From an uncultured Nitrososphaerota archaeon (GTDB lineage: Archaea; Thermoproteota; Nitrososphaeria; Nitrososphaerales; Gagatemarchaeaceae): DNA of 64,000 bases. Positions 56,772 to 64,000 of the stretch are shown one piece after another. How positions within the stretch are numbered: the stretch's first letter is position 1; each line of letters opens with the position of its first letter. A program made the translations under genes and the position numbers. The stretch spans positions 416,001 through 480,000 of the forward strand of contig OY969807.1 in assembly GCA_963703285.1 (NCBI GenBank), in the 5' to 3' direction. The notes beneath the pieces are model-generated. The model saw only the letters and a list, made by a program, of their open reading frames with translations. It had not been told where the DNA came from and made no database searches.

Positions 56772-58417
56772 TGACCGCGCAGGGTCAGCCTCCCCAGATC
56801 CTCAACGAGGACGCGACGCAGACGAGGGGGGACTCGGCGCGGAGGAACAACATCCAGGCGGCGATGCTCATCGCGGCGACGGTGCGGACGTCGCTGGGCC
56901 CCCACGGGATGGACAAGATGTGCATCTCCTACGAGAACGTCGTGACGATAACCAACGACGGCGCGACGATGCTGAAGGACATGATGGTCTACCACCCCGC
57001 GGCCAAGATACTGGTGGAGCTCTCGAAGGCCACCGACGGGACGGTGGGGGACGGCACGACCTCGGCGGTCGTCCTCGCCGGGGCACTGCTCGAGAGGGCG
57101 GACGAGCTGATGAAGAGGGGCCTCCATCCCGTCGTGATAGCCGGGGGGTTCGCGAAGGCGGCCGCGAAGGCGGTCCAGGTGCTCGAGGAGGACTCGGTGA
57201 AGGTGCCGGCGCGGGACAGGGCGACGCTGGTCAAGGCCGCCAGGACGAGCATGCAGACCAAGGTCATCGCCGGGTACGCCCAGACGCTGGCCGAGAAGGT
57301 GGCGGACGCGGTGCTTAACGTAGCCTACCTGAAGGACGGCAAGTACCTCGTCGACATCAAGAGCATAAAGGTGGAGAAGAAGGCCGGCGGGGGCGTCTCG
57401 GACACGAGGTTCATCAGGGGCGTGACGCTGGACCAGAAGCTCGTCCACCCGAACATGCCGAAGAGGATAGAGAAGGCCAAGATCGCGATACTCAGCGTCC
57501 CCTTCAAGATCGATACGACGAAGTTTGCCTACCTCAACAACATGATCACCATCAGGGACCCGTCGATGCTGACGAAGTTCCTCGACGAGGAGACGAGGAT
57601 GCTCAGGTCCATGGTCGATAAGGTCAAGGCGACGGGTGCAACCATGGTCATCTGCCAGAAGGAGATCGACGAAGTGGCCCAGTCGCTGCTAGACAGGGCG
57701 GGGTTGATCGCGGTGCAGAAGGCCTACGAGTACGAGATGGCGAGGACGGCGCGGGCGGTCGGCGCCAGGATCGTCGACAACTTCGACGACCTCAGGGCGG
57801 AGGACCTCGGCTATGCCGAGGTGGTCGAGGAGCGGAAGCTCGACAACGACACGTTGCTCTTCATCGAGGGGTGCAGGGACCCGAGGTCAGTGACGATACT
57901 CATCAGGGGCGCCCAGAAGAGGATTCTCGAGGAGGCCGATCGGTCGATCCACGACGCGATAATGGTGGCCAAGGACCTGTTGGAGGAGCCGGCGCTCGTC
58001 GCGGGCGGGGGCGCGGCGGAGGCGGAGGCGGCCTACCAGGTTGAGAAGTGGTCGGAGGGGCTCTCCGGCCGCGAGCAGCTGGCCGCCGAGAAGTTCGCCG
58101 AGGCGCTCGAGCAGATACCGATAACTCTGGCCGAGAACGCAGGGATGGACAGGATCAACACGGCGGCCGAGCTACGGTCCAAGCACGGCGCCGGGGGCAG
58201 GTGGCACGGCGTCTCCGCCGCGGGCAAGGTGGCGGACATGCGCAAGGAGGACGTCGTGGAGCCCCTGAAGGTGAAGAGGCAGGTCGTCCTCGCCGCGACC
58301 GAGGCGGCGTCGATGATCCTGCGCGTCGACAACATAGTGATGAGGAAGCCGCCGAACCCGCACCTCCAGCAGGGGATGGAGAGGACGCCTGAGATGAACG
58401 CGCCTCCGCCGGTCTGA
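56772..58417 (+). CDS. Group II chaperonin (thermosome) subunit
   Basis: TSLGPHGMDKM, TNDGAT, GDGTTS, AGGGA, LRVD; start uncertain (ORF open from 56654). Confidence 0.92.
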
Positions 58418-58489
58418 GCCCGCGCGCAGCGGGACCGTCCCCTAGCCAAACTCTTAGATAATCTCCGATTGGTAGGCGGTGCCTCTCCG

Positions 58490-59392
58490 ATGAACGTCCT
58501 CGTCGCCGGTTTCATGACCATCGACAAGATCGAGCTTCCGGTCAGGACGATATCGTCGGTCGGGGGTCCTCCCTCCTACGCGGGGCTCCTCTGCTCCCGC
58601 TTCGGGCTGGACGTCACCGCGCTGACGAAGATAGGTGTCGACTTCCCGGACGAGCAGCTCGTCTGGCTCGCGCGGAACGGGCTGACGCTGAGGGCGGTCG
58701 ACAAGAGCGCGACGAAGAAGACCACACGCTTCAAGCTCGTCCCCAAGGGCGACGAGAGGGTCCTCTACCTCCTCGAGAGGTGCGAGGACATCGGCATCGA
58801 GCAGGTCCCCGACACGCACTACAACGCGCTCCTCGTGAGCCCCCTCGCCAACGAGATCACCCAGCCCGTCTTCGACGAGATACGGCGGCGCTCCGACTTC
58901 TGCTTCCTCGACCCCCAGGGCTACGTCAGGAGCTTCGACGATACGGGTCGCGTCTACGTGACGCCCTGGAGCGACGAGAAGGTCCTGGGGTCGGTGGACG
59001 CGCTCAAGATGGACCTCGCCGAGTGCGAGGCGATAACTGGGAAGGCCGTCCCCGCGGAGGCCTTCGCGAAGCTCTCCGCGAGGGGGATAAGGAAGGCGGT
59101 CATCACCAGTGGCGCAAACCCCGCCATGGTGCTCGACGGCACGCGGGTGATGAGGGTCGAGGTCCCGACCGTGAAGGTGGTCGACTCGACCGGCGCCGGA
59201 GACATCTTCGCAGGGGCCCTCGTGACCTGCTACCTGCGCTCCCGCGACTTCCTCTGGTCCTGCTGCTTCGGAATCGCCGCCTCCTCCCTCTCCCTGACCT
59301 CCATAGCGCTGGGGAAGGTGGACCTTCCGAGGTCCGTCGACCAGGTGGCCCGGCGGCTCTACTCGTCCGCCGTCACCGTCTCGACGGCCTAG
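58490..59392 (+). CDS. PfkB-family carbohydrate/nucleoside kinase
   Basis: GGPPSYAG, DPQG, DSTGAGDIF. Confidence 0.9.
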   Translation: MNVLVAGFMTIDKIELPVRTISSVGGPPSYAGLLCSRFGLDVTALTKIGVDFPDEQLVWLARNGLTLRAVDKSATKKTTRFKLVPKGDERVLYLLERCEDIGIEQVPDTHYNALLVSPLANEITQPVFDEIRRRSDFCFLDPQGYVRSFDDTGRVYVTPWSDEKVLGSVDALKMDLAECEAITGKAVPAEAFAKLSARGIRKAVITSGANPAMVLDGTRVMRVEVPTVKVVDSTGAGDIFAGALVTCYLRSRDFLWSCCFGIAASSLSLTSIALGKVDLPRSVDQVARRLYSSAVTVSTA

Positions 59393-59394
59393 GC

Positions 59395-60840
59395 TCAGTA
59401 GGACTTTGCGAAGTTGGCGATGGACGCTCCGGCGGCCCCGCAGAGCACGCACGCGCCCGCGCCTCCCGCCTGACCGAGCGGGATGTTGATTATCTTCGCC
59501 CCCGTCTCCTGCTTGACCTTCTCCTCGCAGGCGGAGGCGCCGCACCACCGCGCCTGGACCACGCCGCCCTTCGATGCGATTATGGTCTTCAGCTCGTCGT
59601 AGGTGTCGGCCGCGCGGACGTTCGCCTTCAGCCACTCGGTGGCCCGCGAGAGCAGGTTGCTCTGGATCTCCTGCAGCTCCCTGGAGACCTCCTGGGCCAG
59701 GTCCGTGAGCTTGACGGCCCGCTTTGAGGAGGTGTCCCTCCTCGCCAGCACCGCCTGGCCCTGCTCCATATCCCTGGGCCCGACCTCGACCCTGAGGGGC
59801 ACCCCCCGCAACTCCCACTCGTTGAACTTCCTGCCCGGCGTAAGGTAGTCCCTTTCGTCGAGCTTCACCGCGAACGAGCGGGCAAGCTCGTCGCGAATCC
59901 TTCTTGCGACCTCGAGCACCGGCCCCTTCGTCTCGTCCTTGACTATGGGGACGATGACGACCTGGATGGGCGCCACCCTGGGTGGCAGTACCGGCCCTCT
60001 GTCGTCGCCGTGCATGGCGACCATCACCCCGATCTCCCGCGTGGTTATCGCCCACGTGTTCTGCCAGACGAGCTGCCTCTCGCCCTTCTGGTCGACGAAG
60101 CCGAGGTCGAACGCCTTGGCGAAGTTCTGGCCGTCGGAGTGGAAGTCGGGCCCCTGGATTGCCTTCCCATCCGGCATGACGTGCTCTATGCTGTAGCTGG
60201 CGAGCGCGCCTGCGAACTTCTCGCTCTCGGTCTTCCTCCCCATCAGGCCGGGGAGCGCCATGAGGTCCTCGGTAATCATCTTGTAGATACCCAGTATCTG
60301 GTCCCTCTCCGCCTCGGCCTCCTCCCTCGTGGCGAACATCGTGTGTCCCTCGTTCCAGAGGAACTCCCTCCCCCGCAAGAACGGTGTCGGGTGCTTGAAC
60401 TCCCACCTGACAACGTTGTTCCAGAGGTTCAGCCTGAGAGGGAGGTCCCTCCATGACCTTATCCACTTCTTGACGACCTCGTAGATTATCGTCTCCGATG
60501 TGGGCCGAACCGCGAGCCTCTCCTCGAGCTTCGAGTTGCCCGCCTCGCTGACCCACGCGACCTCCGGGGCGAACCCCTGTACGTGCTCCTGCTCCTTCCT
60601 CAGCAGGCGCTCGGGTATGAAGAGTGGGAAGTACGCGTTCTGCACGCCCGCCTTCTTGAACTCGAGGTCGGTCGCGTCCCTGACCTTCTCCCAGACGGCG
60701 TAGCCCGAGGGGCGGTAGACGAGGCAGCCGGAGACGGGGCTGTAGTCGGCGAGCTCCGACCTTAGGATCGCCTGGGTGTACCACTCGTCGAAGTCCTCCG
60801 CCTTCTTCGCCGTCATACCCTCCTGCTTGCCCTCGGACAT
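59395..60840 (-). CDS. proS: Proline--tRNA ligase (archaeal/eukaryal type)
   Basis: FDEWY, RPTSET, NVVRWE, FLRGREFLWNEGHT, C-terminal FAKSY. Confidence 0.96.
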   Translation of the reverse strand: MSEGKQEGMTAKKAEDFDEWYTQAILRSELADYSPVSGCLVYRPSGYAVWEKVRDATDLEFKKAGVQNAYFPLFIPERLLRKEQEHVQGFAPEVAWVSEAGNSKLEERLAVRPTSETIIYEVVKKWIRSWRDLPLRLNLWNNVVRWEFKHPTPFLRGREFLWNEGHTMFATREEAEAERDQILGIYKMITEDLMALPGLMGRKTESEKFAGALASYSIEHVMPDGKAIQGPDFHSDGQNFAKAFDLGFVDQKGERQLVWQNTWAITTREIGVMVAMHGDDRGPVLPPRVAPIQVVIVPIVKDETKGPVLEVARRIRDELARSFAVKLDERDYLTPGRKFNEWELRGVPLRVEVGPRDMEQGQAVLARRDTSSKRAVKLTDLAQEVSRELQEIQSNLLSRATEWLKANVRAADTYDELKTIIASKGGVVQARWCGASACEEKVKQETGAKIINIPLGQAGGAGACVLCGAAGASIANFAKSY

Positions 60841-60865
60841 GGAGTTGGACGGGGCTTCCTCAGGG

Positions 60866-62842
60866 TTAATGAACTTGAGCCCTTCGGGGGCGGGCTCTCC
60901 GACCCGTCCGGCCTGGAGTTGCCTTTCCGCGCGGCTTTAGGTGCGTGTTGAACCACCTGATGTAGTGGTTCAGCCTCTCGACGCGGTGCTTCGGCTTCCC
61001 GGTCCGCGAGAGGTCGTGGTTCTCCCCGGGGAAGAGGACCATCTCCGGTTTACGCCCCGCGTACTTCAGGGCGGCGAAGAGCTGGAACGCTTCCGGGAGC
61101 GGGCACCTGTAGTCCTCGAACGAGTGGACGATCATAAGCGGCGTCTTCATGGCCCTGACGTACCTGATCGGCGATGCGGCCATCAGCCTCTCCTCGTCCT
61201 CCCAAGGATCGGACTTCGTCTGGTCCTTCGTGAACCAGATGCCGATGTCCGAGGTGCCGAACATGCTGAACCAGCTGGCGATTGACCTGTCGGTGACCCC
61301 GGCCCTGAACCTCTCCGTGTGGCCCAGCGCCCAGTTGGTCATGAAACCGCCGTAGGACCCTCCCGCGATCGCCACCCTCCCCCCGTCGATCGGGAAGCTC
61401 GCGACCGCGTGGTCGAGCCCCTCCATGAGGTCCTGAAAGTCCCTCGTGCCGTAGGCCCCCCTGATGTCGGCGAACCTCTCGGAGTAGCCGTCGCTCCCCC
61501 TCGGGTTGAGGCAGACGACGGCGTAACCGGCCCCGGCGTAGCACTGCAGCTCGTGGGAGTAGGCGTAGCCGAAGGCCGTCTTCGGCCCACCGTGGACGTA
61601 CAGGACCGCAGGGTGCTTCCCCTCGCCCTCCGGCAGGAGGACCCACCCCTCGATTCTCGCCCCGTCGCTGGCCTTGAAGTTGAATGGGACCGCCCTGGCG
61701 CTTGCAAGACGCGAGCGCGCCTCGCGGTTGAAGGAGGTGATGGCCTTCGCCTCCGCTCCCCCGACGTAGAGCTCCTCCGGGCTGGACGCGTCCATCGCGA
61801 CGAAGGCAATCTTGCCCTTCCGTACGTCGAACCCCTCGATGGACCTCTCCCCTCCTAGCACCTCCTCGGAGGCGCCCTTCAGGTTGGTGCGGAAGAGGCG
61901 CGCCGAACCTCCGTCCTGCCTGAGGTGATAGATCCATTCACCGTCCCAGACCAGGTCCGTGGGACCGTGGCCGCCCGACCTCACGTCGGAGTTCAGAGTG
62001 TTTGCCAGGTTCCTGTCGGTGCGGCCGATCTGCTTGGGCCGCGGCCCGCCTCGCGCGCCGACCACCCACAGCCTGTCGTGCGATGCGAAGCCCCTCGGGA
62101 AGTTCGTCCCCGAGAACGCGACGAGTCTGTCGTCGGCGCTCCACGCGACGGCCTCGACCCCGAAGTTGCCCCGCGTCAGCTTCCTCGTCCTCCCCGACCG
62201 GAGGCCTTTGAGGAAGATTTCGCTGATGTACGGCCTCATCTCGCTGACGCGGGCCACGTATGCGAGCGTCCTCCCGTCGTGGGAGACGGCGAAGTCCGAG
62301 ACGTCGATCTCGCCCGACGTAAGCTGGCGCGGCTCCCTCCCCTGTTCTACACTGAAGACGTGCCCGCGCGAGTTGTACACGAACCCCTTTCCGTTCGACC
62401 AGACGTCGAGGCGCCTGACGACCCTGACGTCTGTCTTCTCTGCCTCGACCACGGACGAGAGGAAGAAGACGGTCCTCGAGTTCGGGGACCAGGCGAATTT
62501 GTCGATGCCCTCCTTTCTCTTTACCACGAGGGTGGCCTCGCCCCCGTCCGCTGCGATCGAGTATAGCTCCGATCCCTTCTCATCCTTAGCCAACCCCCTC
62601 TTGGAGGCGAACAGGAGGCGCCTCCCGTCGGGGGACCAGGCAGGCCCGCCGTCCTTGCCCGTGCTCGTGAACCTGCGCGCCCTGCCCTCCTGAGAGATCA
62701 CCCAGACATCCGACGTGTAGGCGTCTTCTTTGATGTCGGCGTGCTTGACAGAGACGGCGACTGCGCCGGTTCGCGGCGAGATGCTCGGCTTCGAGATGGT
62801 CCTATAGACCCCCAGGTCTTCCGGCCTTATCAGTCGGCCCAT
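60866..62842 (-). CDS. S9-family acylaminoacyl peptidase
   Basis: Beta-propeller WSPDG repeats, HGGP, GGSYGG, EDYRCP, GENH. Confidence 0.93.
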   Translation of the reverse strand: MGRLIRPEDLGVYRTISKPSISPRTGAVAVSVKHADIKEDAYTSDVWVISQEGRARRFTSTGKDGGPAWSPDGRRLLFASKRGLAKDEKGSELYSIAADGGEATLVVKRKEGIDKFAWSPNSRTVFFLSSVVEAEKTDVRVVRRLDVWSNGKGFVYNSRGHVFSVEQGREPRQLTSGEIDVSDFAVSHDGRTLAYVARVSEMRPYISEIFLKGLRSGRTRKLTRGNFGVEAVAWSADDRLVAFSGTNFPRGFASHDRLWVVGARGGPRPKQIGRTDRNLANTLNSDVRSGGHGPTDLVWDGEWIYHLRQDGGSARLFRTNLKGASEEVLGGERSIEGFDVRKGKIAFVAMDASSPEELYVGGAEAKAITSFNREARSRLASARAVPFNFKASDGARIEGWVLLPEGEGKHPAVLYVHGGPKTAFGYAYSHELQCYAGAGYAVVCLNPRGSDGYSERFADIRGAYGTRDFQDLMEGLDHAVASFPIDGGRVAIAGGSYGGFMTNWALGHTERFRAGVTDRSIASWFSMFGTSDIGIWFTKDQTKSDPWEDEERLMAASPIRYVRAMKTPLMIVHSFEDYRCPLPEAFQLFAALKYAGRKPEMVLFPGENHDLSRTGKPKHRVERLNHYIRWFNTHLKPRGKATPGRTGRRARPRRAQVH

Positions 62843-62951
62843 GGCGATGGTGCGGACGGCCCCGCTAATTCCCTTTCGCTGGCGGCCGACCGTGGGCGCT
62901 CGCGCACGGAAAGGTGATAACGGCGGGGCGGCAGGCTCCATAGCGCAGCGA

Positions 62952-63785
62952 TTGAAGAGAGTACGAATAGGCTTCCAGGGCGAGCACGGCGCGTTCAGCG
63001 AGGAGGCGGTCGTCAAGCACTTCGGAGGCGCCGTCGAGCCGGTCCCCGCGAGGTCCATCCGGGAGGTCTTCAACCTCACCGAGGCGGGCGGGGTCGAGGC
63101 GGGCGTCGTGCCCGTCGAGAACTCGATAGAGGGCAGCGTCTCCGAGACCTACGACATGCTCCTAACCTCAAGCGCCAAGGTCGTCGGCGAGGTCCCGGTG
63201 AAGGTCGTCCACTGCCTTATCGCGCTGCCGGCCACGAAGCTCACCCAGGTCAAGGTCATCTACTCCCACCCCCAGGCGCTCGCGCAGTGCAGGAACTTCG
63301 TCGCCGGCCTGCGAGCCGAACCCAGAGTCGCCTATGACACCGCCGGGAGCGTGAAGATGATCAAGGAGGAGGGACTCGTGGGCGCGGGGGCCATCGCGAG
63401 CGAGAGGGCCGCCGAGATATACGGCCTCAAGGTGCTGAAGAAGGGGATAGAGGACTACGGCCGCAACTTCACCAGGTTCGTCGTGATCTCCATGAGAGAG
63501 GGGAAGAGGACGCGGGGAAGCAAGACCTCGCTCGTCCTCTCGGTGCCCAACGTCCCCGGGTCGCTTTACGGCGTCCTTGAGGTCTTTGCCGGGGCCGGGA
63601 TCAACCTCACGAAGATCGAGTCCCGCCCGACGAGGCAGCGTCCCTGGGAGTACTACATGTTCCTGGACTTCGAGGGGCATCACAAGGACAGGGTCGTCTC
63701 GAAGGCCCTAGCCGAGATAGCCACCAAGACCGTCTTCCTCAAGGTCCTCGGTTCCTTCCCGATATCGAGGGAGGAGCTGCTCTGA
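62952..63785 (+). CDS. pheA: Prephenate dehydratase
   Basis: FQGEHGAFSE, PVENSIEG, SHPQALAQC, NFTRF, LTKIESRP. Confidence 0.95.
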   Translation: MKRVRIGFQGEHGAFSEEAVVKHFGGAVEPVPARSIREVFNLTEAGGVEAGVVPVENSIEGSVSETYDMLLTSSAKVVGEVPVKVVHCLIALPATKLTQVKVIYSHPQALAQCRNFVAGLRAEPRVAYDTAGSVKMIKEEGLVGAGAIASERAAEIYGLKVLKKGIEDYGRNFTRFVVISMREGKRTRGSKTSLVLSVPNVPGSLYGVLEVFAGAGINLTKIESRPTRQRPWEYYMFLDFEGHHKDRVVSKALAEIATKTVFLKVLGSFPISREELL

Positions 63786-64000
63786 GACGAGCGGGAGCCA
63801 GGCGCTAGAGGAGGTGGCCGCTGAGGTGCGGTCGTGCGAGAAGTGCCCGCTCCACCTCTCCCGCACCAACGCGGTCCCCGGGGAGGGGCCGGCCGACGCT
63901 TTGGTCGTGATCGTCGGCGAGGCGCCCGGTCGGAACGAGGACGAGCAGGGGCGCCCGTTCGTGGGGGCCGCGGGGGCCAACCTTGACGGCCTGCTCCACG
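63781..64000 (+). CDS. udg: Family 4 uracil-DNA glycosylase, N-terminal part (runs off window)
   Basis: Manual translation CEKCPLHLSRTNAVPGEG..VGEAPGRNEDEQGRPFVGAAG; start uncertain. Confidence 0.88.

Noticed and set aside
58454-60784. Long alternative-frame and antisense ORFs (e.g. 776 aa here, 497 aa at 39616-41109)
   Set aside because: Shadow ORFs expected at high GC; they overlap well-supported genes and have no recognisable motifs

Overview
GC-rich archaeal chromosomal segment. Gene content (SMC-ScpA-ScpB, eS8, eS26, eS30, gar1-tfb-TFE-beta, GatDE, thaumarchaeal-type PolB) suggests a non-ammonia-oxidising Nitrososphaerota/TACK lineage (inference). It is mostly housekeeping genes, plus a probable gamma-glutamylation amine-catabolism cluster and a DsrEFH/TusA sulfur-relay neighbourhood. 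The main finding is missing from the ORF track: a ribosomal protein eS30 gene (25152-25338) split by a 19-nt insertion that folds into a canonical bulge-helix-bulge (BHB) motif. Splicing at the standard BHB positions exactly restores the reading frame, so this is a candidate mRNA micro-intron outside cbf5. A free-standing zinc-finger/LAGLIDADG endonuclease gene overlaps eS30 exon 1, and its stop codon straddles the 3' splice site. A second free-standing HTH-LAGLIDADG gene follows eS26, and PolB carries a LAGLIDADG intein at a non-classical site. Also notable are four TGTTGCGCAACA-like operators between a winged-helix trio and nurA-herA, and a candidate structured ~130-nt RNA. Five single-base frameshifts, three in clear G/C homopolymer runs, are probably assembly errors. 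No tRNA, rRNA or CRISPR array was recognised.
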